From Takakia lepidozioides (Eukaryota; Plantae; Bryophyta): a stretch of 64,000 bases of DNA. Of the stretch, positions 24,290 through 36,264 are shown in pieces. The notes under the pieces were generated by a model that was given only the letters and a program-made list of their open reading frames with translations, was not told the DNA's origin and made no database searches. The stretch is taken from NCBI GenBank assembly GCA_030704615.1, contig CM060733.1, positions 73,470,001 to 73,534,000 of the forward strand, read 5' to 3'. Each line of letters opens with the position of its first letter. Position 1 is the stretch's first letter. A program made the position numbers and the translations under genes.

Positions 24290-24890
24290 TCGGATTTGAC
24301 TGACCATGAACACAAGAGGACCTCTTGTGTGTGCTGCTTGTGTCTGTAGTCAGGTAATGTCGGATTGGTCAGTGAGAACCACCACAGTGCAGCTGAGCGG
24401 GCAGAGATTGAAACATGGCCTGCTAAGACCAAGCTGACTCTCCCAATAACCTTGTAAACATCAGGAAGAATTATACCAAATTATCATGGTACTAACAGGA
24501 GCCAAGGGCCCACATTTGCAGGATGGACAAACTTCTTCACAGAAAAAGCCACACCTTGCGATTGCGGTTGTCCCACCATCGTGAAGGATCTTGAAAAAAC
24601 TCATGCCAGCTCTGCTCCGTGCTGCAAATTTAGGGCAGAGTCTGATAAGAGGGCAAAACAGGCTAAAATAGGTCGACGAAGAAGGTGCCCTCACCACATT
24701 GTCCTCGACCTTGTGTCATGACCCATGGAGGATTTGACTGACCATGAACCCAAAAGGACCTCTTGTGTGTGCTGCTTGTGTCTGTAGTCAGGTACTGTCG
24801 GATTGGTCTGTGAGAACCACCACGGTGCAGCTGAGCGGGTAGAGATTGAAACACGGCCTGCTAAGACCAAGCTGACTCTCCCAAGAACAG
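24290..24890 (-). repeat. Two tandem units of a degenerate PDF-motif repeat
   Basis: TNPT(L/V)PDYRHK(fs)..RSFWVHGQSNPPWV. Inverted relative to 28330-28895; a further partial copy lies at 22961-23062. Confidence 0.7.
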
Positions 24891-25164
24891 TGAGCTCCCA
24901 GCCGAAACCTTCTCGCACACATACCCTAGCGTTTCTAGGGTTGCTTGCTTCAGATGCGAGGTTGCTCCAACTGCGGGCCTCCCATGCATGTTTGCCCTCC
25001 CTCCCTCTCGCTCGCTCGCTCGCTCTAAGTCCCAGCCCTTTCTCTCTCCCTCCCTCCCTCCCTCCCTCCCGCTCGCTCGCTCGCTTGCTCTAAGTCTGTT
25101 CACGGCTACTGTGATGGGCAACTTTTTAAGTTTTTTAACCTTTTTGCAAACCCTATAAGCAACT

Positions 25165-25380
25165 TTTTGATTTTTTTTTATTTTTTGATTTTTTGGAAAG
25201 GAAACCTCAGCCCCTTGAGGGAGGGGGGGGGATTAACCCCCTTTCATTTATGGGACATGAGACCTATAGGACAATCAACGCCCAACACTCCGTCACGAAC
25301 AATCCCACACACGGGGTAGGGTAGCGGGTTTGAACCCCGAACCACCATGGCGACACACTGTGCACTTACCAGCCGATGTG
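25165..25380 (-). mobile_element. Probable tRNA-derived SINE
   Basis: Minus strand: ggctggtaag (A-box-like), ggggttcaaaccc (B box), body, then an A-rich tail. No clear TSD. Confidence 0.5.
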
Positions 25381-25488
25381 TTTTTTTTTAATCTTCTGCA
25401 CTTTGATTCTTTTTTTTTGTTTTTTTTTAAATTCATTGTAGTGGTCAGAGTCTCCGTTTTTTCAAAATATACATATTCATATATTATA

Positions 25489-25639
25489 GAAGAAGAAGAA
25501 GGTGGACGCGTTGCCGAAGCAAGCGTAACTTATGGTGTCACTTGACCCAGAAGGGCTACTACCTTCCGGTAGGAAGGTGGACACCTTTGTAACAACCAAC
25601 AGGGTGGTTTGAACCCACAACCACTCGTGTAAGATGGTA
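25489..25639 (-). mobile_element. Short structured retroposon, family B copy 1
   Basis: 12-bp TSD tcatatattata (25477-25488 and 25640-25651), (TTC)n tail, B-box-like ggttcaaacc near the 5' end. Confidence 0.85.
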
Positions 25640-25654
25640 TCATATATTATATAT

Positions 25655-26012
25655 ATAACCAGAAAAACATGTGTCGACACGTGCAATCATGTAGTGATTC
25701 ATCCATGTGATGATCTGGCAACATGCATTAGAGTGAGAGTCATGAAAACATATGTCCGTCTAGCAATATGCACACGTCATTCCAGTGTAGCCATGACCTT
25801 GACTGGTAGTCATATCCGCCATGCCAATATTCGTGGTCAAACATGTTTGACCTGTGTTGCGTAGAGTCCGGAGTCATGCAGTCGCACATACACCTTCCCC
25901 AAACCTGCATTATGACTTCAAAGGCATTTACGACTGCAAATGGCATTTCTGCCACAAATCTGTCATGACTGCGCACCCATGGGAGTCATAAAAGCCGCAA
26001 TCTATTGTAGTG
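25655..26012 (-). mobile_element. CACTA terminus whose TIR nearly matches 10440
   Basis: Reverse complement CACTACAATAGATTGCGGCTTTTA matches the 10440 TIR at 23/24 positions; gtcat/atgac subterminal repeats. Confidence 0.8.
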
Positions 26013-26280
26013 ATGGCAGACGCGGTGAGGCTCATATTTCTCGAGTTGAGCCTCCCGCGTCTGGCTATGGCCCCGCACTGTAGATTCCCCAAAGCCTTGG
26101 GGTGCAGTTGGCTTGACTCCAAATTTTATGAGTGATAGTTGAGTTTTATGGTATGTGTGAATTTGCAGTGAGTTCGTGTGAGCTTGTTTCCATTTCATTG
26201 TGGCAGACTAATGTGTGGTGTGCATATGTGTGGATTGGACACCAATATAGTTATGTAGTGATATGTATGCGCATGACAAT
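26013..26280 (+). repeat. LTR-related fragment of the PHD-Gypsy family
   Basis: Similar to ~32905-33137, including the tcattgtggcagact junction and gatatgtatgcgca. Confidence 0.65.
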
Positions 26281-26684
26281 TTGCAGCCCCTTGTGGATGA
26301 GCTCAAATTGTTGTGGGAAGTTGGTGTGGAGGCATTGGATGGAAGCAGCTCAGTGGGGCAATAAGCATTTCATATGACTTGGCCATCTTGATGTGTTCAA
26401 TCCACGACTTTCCAGCTTATGGGTTGCTACTAGGATGCGCACACGGAGGATACAAGACATGCCCAGCTTGCGGCCCTAATGTTGTTTCCAGGTACTCTAT
26501 ATGCAAGAAAGTTTTGTATCTTGGTCATAGGAGATACTTGCCTACTGTTCATCCCTACATGAATAACTCATCCCACTTTATTGGACATGTAGAACATAGA
26601 GAAGCTCCTATGGTGGTCACTGCAAGTGAGCAATTTGACCGTGCTACAGCCAAAGAGTTGTATCTTGCAAGGGGAGGTGTTTAG
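26281..26684 (+). pseudogene. CACTA TnpD Transposase_21 (Tnp2) fragment
   Basis: LQPLVDELKLLWEVGV...LMCSIHDFPAYG...GYKTCPACG...YLGHRRYLP..HP. Confidence 0.9.
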
Positions 26685-26689
26685 GGCCA

Positions 26690-27915
26690 CAACATACATC
26701 GCTGTCCAACCACACTTCCTAGCATATAGTCCTAGAAAGCCATGCCACAATCGCCCCCCTAGCTGGTGATTAGGTACCTCTAAGACCGGATAGCTTGCTA
26801 GTATCCACCCCAATAAGATCATCGTTTGGTCTTCAATCGCACAAGTCCCAACACTTGAAGTCGATAGATCAAGAAGCCGGGTGCAAACGTAGCCTCATCG
26901 TTAGTCGCCTTCATGCAATCCATGATCTTCAGTTGAGTATCCATGGCATTGAAGCCCCACTAGCTAGACCTTGGATCACTTGTTCACCTCACCATTGTCA
27001 TGCCAACTACCTCTATCCAAGGCATCATGGACACAACCATTCTCCGATAGGAACCTCCTCAAGTGGCGGTGTCAAGCATCCCGTGTGCCACCCCCTTGAG
27101 CATTTGTCACACACCAACATGGTTGCGGCGCCACCAGCATGCCCACATAACATGCAATGCAACCCTGCAGATACCACTGCAAGGTTGGGATCTATCCTCC
27201 CATCCACATGTGGAAGGTGACATGGTGCACAATTGCGCACATGGTCCTTCCATACCATGCCATCTCGACCCTCCAGAATCAACACTCCTGAAGGCAATAC
27301 CTCTCTGACCCTTAGAATCACACGTCCTACTGTGACATCCAAGGTCGTAGGCGCTGTCTGCTGTAAATACACATAGTTCCCAGGGTGGAAACGCCGAACA
27401 CTTGGCCGATATCCCCCTCCACGTGTAGTGGCGTACCTCAATGTGTCTCGGTGTTGGGCAATAGCAAGGTTCTCAAAAGCCATAGGCATGACTCTCTTGA
27501 ACAACTCTGCCCGCTGGGCACATGCTTGTGTCCACACATCCGGATCATCAAGGTTGAGAACTACTGCAGCCTCCATGCGAATAGATGCAGGCAAATTTGG
27601 CTCTCGGCTGAAGAAAAGAAAGTAAGGTGAGAAGGAGGCAAGTGAAGCTTGTTTGCTGAACCTATAGCCCATAGCTAGCCAAGGCAATTGAAGGTCCCAA
27701 TCTCCTAGGTGTCCCTTCTGCAAACCGTACTTGCGCAAACCTCTCTTGACTGTCTGAACAACTCTCTCCGCCAAGCCATCAGCCTCGGGATGATCCCGAG
27801 AAGTAGTGCGGTGATCTATCAAGGCTTGCTCACACAAAGACTGAAACTCCCCCAAGAACTCTCTCCCCTGGTCCGTGAGTATCTCGGCTGGAACACCAAA
27901 ATGGCTAAGCACCCT
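26690..27915 (-). mobile_element. Inverted 3' part of a second PHD-Gypsy subfamily
   Basis: Open 302-aa frame 27025-27933 with the integrase core (TDQGREF, HPEADGLAER) and an intact PHD; PPT ctaggggggcgat|tgtggca at ~26745. Confidence 0.92.
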
Positions 27916-28148
27916 GGGGGGTGCACTCCTCATTAAATGTACCAGCCACGTGCGTGCACAGGAGGGGGTATTTTAAACCCCCCCATGTACAACATTATAC
28001 ATACAGAGGGGGATTTAAAACACCTTAAATATAATTTTACAGGAGGGGGTTGTTGAGTTTTAAGGGGTAGTGTAGTGGTAAGAGCAGTGTTTAGGCCGCG
28101 ATGTACCGCGGGATCAAATCGCGGGATCATCCTTTTGTTTGTTTGTTT

Positions 28149-28183
<35 letters not shown>

Positions 28184-28329
28184 CTATCCGCGATCTTTCT
28201 CCCCTTCCCTCCCGCAGCTTTCTCTTTTCCCTCTCCTCCTCTTATCTCCTCTCCACTCCTCTCCCGCGTTCGCCTTCCCTTCCGCGGGCTTTCTCTTTTC
28301 CCTCCTCTCCTCTCCCCTCATCTCCACAG

Positions 28330-28895
28330 GGCATGGTATTCTTCGTGATGTTTACAAGGTTTAGAGGAGAGTGAGCTTGGTCTTAGCAGGCCATTTTGTG
28401 GTGGTTTCTCAAAGACCAATCCGACATTACCTGACTACAGACACCAGCAGCACACCGAAGCGATCCTTTTGGGTTGATGGGAGGGCAAATCCTCCATGGG
28501 TCATGACACAAGGTCAAGAACAATGTGGTGAGGGCACCTTATTCTTTGACCTATTTCAGCCTGTCTTGCCCTCTCATCAGAGTCGGCCCTGAATTTGCAG
28601 CACTGAGCAGACCTGGCATGAGTTTTTAGAAGATTGACAATGGTGGGACAACTGCAATCGCAACGTGTGGCGTTTTCTTAAGGTACGATGTGAAGAATTT
28701 TTTCCATCCTGCTATTGCGGGCTCTTGCCTCCTATTAGTACCTGATTTGGTATTCTTCCAGATGTTTATAAGGTTCTTGGGAGAGTCAGCTTGGTCTTAG
28801 CAGGCCGTGCTCAACTGCACCGTGGTGGTTCTCACTGACCAATCCGTTGTTACCTGACTACAGACACAAGTAGGCACACACAAGAGGTCCTCTTT
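28330..28895 (+). repeat. Two tandem units of the degenerate PDF-motif repeat
   Basis: TNPTLPDYRH(fs)..RSFWVDGRANPPWV; shares the linkers agcttggtcttagcaggcc and (a/g)ggcacctt(c/a)ttc with 18232-18560. Confidence 0.7.
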
Positions 28896-29390
28896 TGAGT
28901 CAGTCCAAACCAGGAAGTGGTCAGAGGTACCAATATCAGTTATGTCGATCAACACATTGGCACACTGGGGGAACAATTTTTTGTCCATTATGATATAGTC
29001 CACAATGGAACGTTCCCCAGTTTGGGATTTCTCACGAGTCCACTGCACTTGGTCACCGCTTGTCCTGTTATTCAAGGTCAAAAGATGAAGCTCTTCCAGA
29101 CAGTTAATTAACCGTCTACCATTAGAATTCAGCTCGTCCTCACCAGAAGGCCCAGTGATATCGTCCTGATGGAGCCCTTTGCCCACCCGGGCATTGAAGT
29201 CACCCAATAGCACCACCTGACCTTTGGCAAGGAACGAAGCACAGTCCAGTTTTACATCTTCGAAGGCTTTGTCTGCATCAGCACTAAGGGTCCCCTCTGT
29301 GGGCATGTAAACACAACCCACAAAGAGGTCCTTCGTACTCAAGCCGCCCTTCAGATTCAGTTTTAGCCAGATACTATGCTCGTACCTCAA
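28895..29390 (-). pseudogene. AP-like endonuclease (EEP) fragment of a non-L1 LINE, RTEX/RTE-like
   Basis: FVGCVYMP, LLGDFNARVG, NSNGRRL, WTR...SIVDYII, SDH. The frame is open but truncated at both ends. Confidence 0.85.
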
Positions 29391-32300
29391 ACCCTTCGGC
29401 GGTTCTTGAGGGCTTACAAGAACTGCTTTGCCTTCAGTTTGAAGGACTTAGGAGCACTGAAGGGTCAAGAGATTCGCATTGAATTGGCTACTGCCACGCC
29501 AATCTTTCGGAGACCCTATAGATATAGTGACATGGAGAGGTCCTTGATTCAGATGAGAACTCAGGACCTTTGGGAGGCTGGTTTGGTCGAGCTATCTGGG
29601 GGAGAGTATGCTTCAGCCACAGTGATGCCAGCCAAGAAGGATGTCTATGGCAATTGGACGGAGAGACGTATGTACGGTGATTACCGGCCTGTAAATCGTC
29701 AGACCAAGTCTGATAGGTATGCCATGCCGACACCAGAGGAGATCTTTGATGCCATTGGGCATGCCAAGGTCTTTAGCACTTTGGATTTACGATCCGGATA
29801 TCATCAGTTGCCAATCAAGGAGGCAGATAAGCCGAAGACGGCATTCTGGGGGATCCATGAGCACGGGAAGGATTGCCTATACCAGTGGCGGTTCTTACCA
29901 TTTGGGCTGAAGAACGCTCCGGCAGAGTTTCAGAGAGTCATGGACAGGATTCTAGCAGGGGTGGAGTTTGCTCGGTGCTACATAGATGACATCATCATCT
30001 TTAGTGCTACGGTGGAGGAGCATGAGAGACACCTTCAGGCGGTATTTGAGCGCTTGAGGGCGTACGGATTGAAGTTACATCCCGGGAAGTGCAAGTTTTT
30101 CCACAACCAAATTGAGTATCTGGGTCACATGATATATCCTGGAGGATTGGGGGTACAACAGACTAAGGTAGAGTCCATTGCATAGATTCCACGCCCCATG
30201 GATGTGAGCCGAGTTTGAGCTTTCATGGGGTTAGCAAACTATTATAGACGGTTTGTTAAGGGATTTAGTGCCATTGCAAAAGCTCTAACCAAACTGACCA
30301 AGGTGGACCAGGAGTGGCAGTGGGAAGATGAGCAAGAACAAGCTTTTCAAGAGCTCAAGGCGAGGTTGACCTCGGCGCCCATCTTGAGACGACCTATCAG
30401 GGGGCGTCCTTTTCAGCTGCATACAGATTGGAGCATGCTGGGGCTTGGAGCGGTGCTCACACAGGTGGATGATGAGGGAAGAGAGTTCATAGTGGCTTAT
30501 GCTAGCCGCTCAAACAACGCTGCAGAGACTAAGTATAGCTCATATGAGGGAGAATGCTTAGCTGCAATGTGGGCCGTGGCACACTTCAGGTGCTATCTAT
30601 ATGGCAACCTCTTCACCCTTGTCATGGATCACCAACCACTTAAGTGGTTGATGGAGTCAGACAAGCTTACGGGGAAGCTTGCACGGTGGGCACTCATCCT
30701 TCAAGAGTATGACTTTTAGGTTGTGCATCGACCAAATTTGGTCAATCGGGATGCAGATGGGTTGAGTCGCAATCCATGCATGAGCCAGCAGGATGACACT
30801 GGAGCTCGGTGGCATGGTGAGACGGACGAGGAGATGGTGCCCGGATGGCATGCATCTGCATTTCTGTGTATCTTAGCAGCGGAAGGCCAGGTTGGACCTG
30901 CAACAAGGATGACTGTAGATCAAGTGTCGGAGGACCCTGAGGCCAGCAATGAGCAAGGTGGCGCCAAATATATACTTGAGGATTCCGCTGTGTTGGACTA
31001 TCTCCGCACTGGAGACATGGTAGCCATTGTGACTGCCAAAGAGAGGGATCGGATCCTACAACGAGCCAAGAGGTTCATGTGGGAGGGGACACACCTGCTC
31101 CGAGTGTGGGAGGATGGTCGAGTGAGGATTGTGCCTCACCCAACACAGCGGGCACGGTTAGTGCGGCATGCCCATGAGGAGTTGGAGCATTTTGGGGTGC
31201 GACGCACTCATAGTTTACTGCAGGGGCAGTATTGGTGGCGTGGTATGCACACAGAGGTGCAACAATTTGTGGCTAGGTGCATGGTGTATGACAGGGTGCG
31301 TGCTTCATTCAACGCCCCTACTCCACAATTGCATCCTCTTCCGATCATGGGATTGGGCTATAGGTGGAGCCTCGACTTCGCAGGGCCGTTATCACTGACC
31401 ATGCGCCACAACAAGTACGTGTTGGTGATGGTAGAGCACTTCTCCAAGTGGATCGAGTTGGTTCCATTGCCTGATAAGGCTAGTGAGGGAGCTGCGTATG
31501 CATTCTTGGATTGTGTACTTAGCTGATTTCGGTGCTCTAGCTGAGGTACTCACGGACCGAGGGAGAGAGAGTTTTTGGGGGAGTTTCAGGCTTTGTGTGA
31601 CAAGGCCTTGGTAGACCACCGCACCATTTCTCGGGATCATCCTGAGGCCGATGGCTTGGCAGAGAGGGTTGTTCAGACAATAAAGAGGGGTTTGCGCAAG
31701 TATGGCTTGCAGAAGGGACACCTAGGAGATTGGGACCTTCAGTTACCCTGGTTAGCCATGGGCTACAGGTTCAGCAAGCAAGCATCACTTGCCTCCTTCT
31801 CACCATACTTTCTTCTCTATGGCCGAGAGCCGGATTTGCCTACATCCATTCGTAGAGAAGCTGCTACAGTTCTTAACCTTGATGATCCGGACATGTGGGC
31901 ACGTGCATGTGATCAGCGTGCAGAGTTGTTCAAGAAAGTCATGCCCATGGCTTTCGAGAATCTTGCATCGTGATACGTTGAGGTATGCTACCATACGTGG
32001 TGGGGGCTATCGTCCTGGGATCCGGAGATTTAACCCTGGTGACTATGTTTATCTGCAGCAGACTGCTCTACGACCTTGGATGTGACTGCAGGGACGTGTT
32101 ATTTTGAGGTTCGAGAGGTATTGCCCTCAGGCGTCTTGATCTTGGAGGGTCGGGATGGAATAACTAGAAGGACCATGTGCGTAATTGTGCGCCATGTCAC
32201 CTTCCGAATGTCGATGGCAAGGATTGACCCAAACCTGGCAGTGGTACCTGCAAGTTTGAGGTGCATGTTGTGTGGGTCTGCTAGAGGGGCAGCCACCATG

Positions 32301-33137
32301 CTGGTGTGTGATCGATGCTCTAGAGGTTGGCATATGGGATGTTTGACTCCACCTCTTGAGATGGTTCCTGATGGGGATTGGTTATGTCTGCATTGCATTG
32401 GATAGTGGGAGTGGATACAACCATGGAAGGCTAACAAGAAATGCAAGGCCAAGCTACTAGGAGCCTGAACACACGAGATCCTGGCTCAAGTTCACAGATT
32501 GCAAGACGACGACTTAACGATGGGGCTACTCTTGTACCCGGCCTCTTGGTCTATAGAGTTGAGTAAAATAGGGACAGTGATAGAGGACTTAGTACGGCTG
32601 TGGCTATTACATCTTGTAGCTATATGGAGTTAGAAAGACCTATCCACCAGCTAGGGGGGCGATTGTGGCAGACTACTTTATTGTCCATATATGTGTGGTG
32701 TAGTTTGGACAGCGATGTAGTTGTGTAGCGATACGTATGCGCACAACAGCTCTCAAGTTAAATAAACATAGTGTGAAACTAACTAGAACAAAGCTAGTTA
32801 TTTGTATTTAACACTTGGATTTAGTTCAAGTGTTAAGTCAGGTGTCAAGTTTAGCTTAAAACCTGAACCATCTTATCTTTAGGGAGAATAGGATGTTGTG
32901 GGGTGGAGTCCCCATAGCTTGGGATGCCCCTGGCTCGACTCTTAGTTTAACGAGTGATGGTGTTGTATTTCATGTCCTTGACTAGGCATGAAATCCCCCC
33001 TGGCAAAAAAAGGCACGTTCCTCCTGTCCATGAAGTTTAGTTTTCAATCATTGTGGCAGACTACTTTATTGTCCATATATGTGTGGTATAGTTTGGACAA
33101 CGATGTAGTTGTGTAACGATACGTATGCGCACGACAG
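29391..33137 (+). mobile_element. Ty3/Gypsy pol (RT-RNaseH-integrase) with C-terminal PHD finger, plus PPT and 3' LTR; 5'-truncated and decayed
   Basis: RT LDLRSGYHQ...LPFGLKNAP...YIDD; RNaseH LHTDWS...YASR...ECLA...DHQPL; integrase H-H-C zinc motif, WSLDFAGP, HPEADGLAER; PHD CMLC...LVCDRCSRGWHMGCLTPPL...WLCLHC ending at 32405; PPT aggggggcgat, then TG at 32664. Confidence 0.93.
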
Positions 33138-33381
33138 ACTTCTTTCCAAAGGGGATTCAAATCCAAACTATCTCCATATCTAGGGTCCCTTCTGACCAGT
33201 TTCAGCCTGTGCCTGCCGGCCCTCAACCTCTAACCATTAGAGGGATTTTTATTCAAGTTTGCAAAAAGAGCCAAAAGCCCCTGGATCCATTTGTATGGGT
33301 CACTTCCTCGAGGCCCCGCCATCGCGGAGTTCATTTCTCATACCGATATACTAGGCCATCAAATCCTACCTTAATCACCTC

Positions 33382-35612
33382 ATGATACTTAATCTCCACT
33401 CCTGGACATCCAGAGCCTAGGAGCGGACTCAACGTCCCTTAAAAGGGTCAAAAATAAAAATTGGCTCGCAAACTTCCTTTCAAACGATTCAGTGATTTTC
33501 CTGCAAGAGCACAAACTAGATCAGCTTAAAATAGATAGTCTGACTGACCACATGTGGCCTCTAGCCAATGCTCTGTGGAAACCTACGTTGGAGGGTACAA
33601 GGGGGGGGAATGCAATTCTTTTGTCCCCCTCCCTTCAACCATATCTTTCTGTAGACTCCATTTGGCTCCCAGGAAGACTCCAATTTCGCTCTCTCACCCT
33701 TCCCAACAATTCACGCACCATAGGACTAGTGAATATCTATGCGCCAAACACTTCAGCTGAACGATCTGAATTCTGGTCAACTCTAAACACCAAAATGAGG
33801 GACCAGCCTGCAATTGGCAGCTGGATTTTATCGGGTGACCTTAACGTGTGAAGCCCGCAGGATAGAAGGGATTCAACCCCAATCCATAAGAGATGGATCA
33901 ATGGTTCTCATGTATGCAAAACTATAGGCTGGCGGAGGCCATGGCCAGGCTTTGGGCCTACAATTCACTTGGACCAACAATAGAACTCTTGCAGATCTCT
34001 ACATGGCGCATCTCGACAGAACCTATATCTCCCTTGACCTGGTTCAACGCTCAAGAAGGCTCCCTCAGGAACCAATCCCTTTAGGATTCGACCATGCTCT
34101 GATCTATTTGATAGTACAATTTGCGGACTCAAAACGTCGTGGCAGAGGCATGTTCAAAATCAACAACTTGTTGCTGAAGCTGCCTTCCTTTAAACAAGGT
34201 CTTGGGCAAGCTTGGGCCAGGGCTAGTCTTCCCAATCAAAATCCCACCAAAAATTTCTTGGCTAAACTCAAAGCTGTGAATGTAGAGAGTCAAAAAATGA
34301 GCCTCGCCCTGGCTATCATTAGGAAAAGAAAGGTGGCTACCTTGACAAAGTGCCTGAAAGTTTGTCAATCAAGATTGGAGTCAACCCGATGTGATGAATA
34401 TACATACCATACCTATGTTGAGGCCAGATGTACCCTTGACTTCCCACATAAAATACAGGAGAGAAAGCTCAAGCTGCAGGCTGGGGTTAACTGGTCTACC
34501 AAGGGCGAGAAAATGACAATTTTTTTTTTTTGACAAAACCCGCACGTAGGGCAGCTCAAACCATCACAGAACTCATCGATCAACCTTCTGGCCTTTCTGC
34601 AACCACCCCCAAAGCAATGGCTGAACTTTCCAGCAAACATTTCCAGCAGCTCTTCAAGAATGACCACGCTGACCTCAACCCTTCTCCCACACAGATCGCT
34701 TTTCTGGCCCACACACCCACCATCCTTTCGGGTCAGAAAACCTCATCTCTAGAAGGGGATTTGACTGATACGGAGCTTGAGGAAGATTGTAAAAAACTTC
34801 AAAATGATAAGTCCCCGGGGATGGATGGGCTCTCTGTAGAGTTCTACAAGGCTATGTGGTCTGATATCTCCTTCGATTTTATGGAAATGGCAAATCATCT
34901 GTTTTTACAGGGTCCCAAGCTCCAGCGATGTCACGTGGGTGTCATCACCTTGCTGTTTTAAAAGGGGGGCTAGAACTAATATGTCCAATTACAGACCAAT
35001 CACCCTGCTGAATGTGGCATAAATTATAGCGAAAGCACTGGCTCTCAGACTGCAGCCTCTCTTGCCCTCTCTAATTTTCCCCCATCAAACAGGGTTCATA
35101 AAAGGGAGATTCATCCTAGACAATTTGCTTTCAATACAAGAGGTCCCTGAATTTGCTTTCAGATCCAACCAGCCATTGCGATGCTTCTCCTGGATTTTGA
35201 AAAAGCGTTTGATAGGGTAGAATGGCCCTTCCTCCTTGCAGCCTTGGCAAAGATTGGCTTTCCGCCGGATTTCTGCAGATGGGTGCACAATCTTCTAACT
35301 ACCTCTTCCAGTAGGGTTATTGTCAACGGTTTCATATCCTCCTCCTTCCCTTTGCAACGATCTGTCCGACAGGGGTGCCCACTGGCCCCTTTCCTTTTTC
35401 TGGTAGTGGCTGATACCCTTGGTTACCTGCTGGAGCAGAACCAAACATTAAGGGCCTCCGTATCACCAACTACATTACAAGACAACCTACTTATCTTATA
35501 GACTCGATGTTTGTTGATGATACATTTCTCATGCTTCAAGCCACTGTGGAAAATCTGAACTCTGCGGGGGACACGCTTAATTCTTTTTGTCAAGCCTCGG
35601 GTTTCAAGGTCA
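33382..35612 (+). mobile_element. L1/Tx1-type LINE ORF2 (APE + RT), frameshifted and 3'-truncated
   Basis: FLQEHK, VNIYAPN, GDLN, FTW, LDR, DH; KSPGMDG, YRPITLLN, QTGFIKGR, LDFEKAFDRV, VRQGCPLAP, FVDD. Confidence 0.93.
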
Positions 35613-36264
35613 ATTGTTGGTATCTATGGGCCTTTTTGGTTGTAGGACTTGTGAGCTGGATAGGTGGAGTAGAGTGGTGTTCGTCTAATTTTCCTTTGCC
35701 TTTGATGGTAGAGAGCTTCTTTTGTTGATGTAGGTGGGCTCTAACTTCCTCTTGCATTGGGTCTCTGTTGATGTCCAAGCTGGAAGGAGAGACAGGTCTT
35801 GGACTCGATTGTAATGTGTCATGATAGTTTGGGGGCTGTAACGGAGCTGGTTGACTTCCAAATGGCACAAATTGGTGTGCACGGCTAGAATATTGTCGAT
35901 ATTTGCCCCCCCCCCCCCCCCCCCCCACGAGCCCTGACATCGCTTTTTGGCGATACACAGCGGTTTCTTGCGACGCCCAGGGGTGGGCTACTATTTTGCA
36001 TTGAATTGGGGGTGGATTTTTGTTTTTTCCCTGGTTTTTTTGGGGTGTTGGGAGACCACACGACAGCCATTGCTCTTGTAGGTGCACAAGTCTTGTTTAC
36101 TGCATGATCATTATGAGCAAGCATGAGTTGAGGGTGAGGCCGGTGCAGCACAAAATGAAATACGAGGTGAAAGATGGAAATATATTTACAAGCAATAAGC
36201 ATAAATGTTTTGCTCACAAGGGTTCAGACGTAGGCTGACTCCGTGATCTACACTCTGACTAGGA

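Noticed and set aside
18222-27915. gtgcttagc at both 18222-18230 and ~27903-27911 (inverted) as a 9-bp TSD or inversion breakpoint of one Gypsy copy
   Set aside because: The adjacent bases differ (gattgt vs cagg), indicating different subfamilies. The coincidence of breakpoints is unexplained but is not proof.
27916-28130. Possible Mutator-like TIR
   Set aside because: No partner TIR or TSD was found in the window.
28797-28895. C-terminal extension of the APE ORF as a real fusion protein
   Set aside because: It is the antisense reading of a PDF repeat across a breakpoint.
35906-35926. Long C/G homopolymers (also ~36816-36837 and 59642-59662) as G-quadruplex elements
   Set aside because: Plain homopolymer runs in transposon sequence; their lengths are unreliable and no function can be supported.
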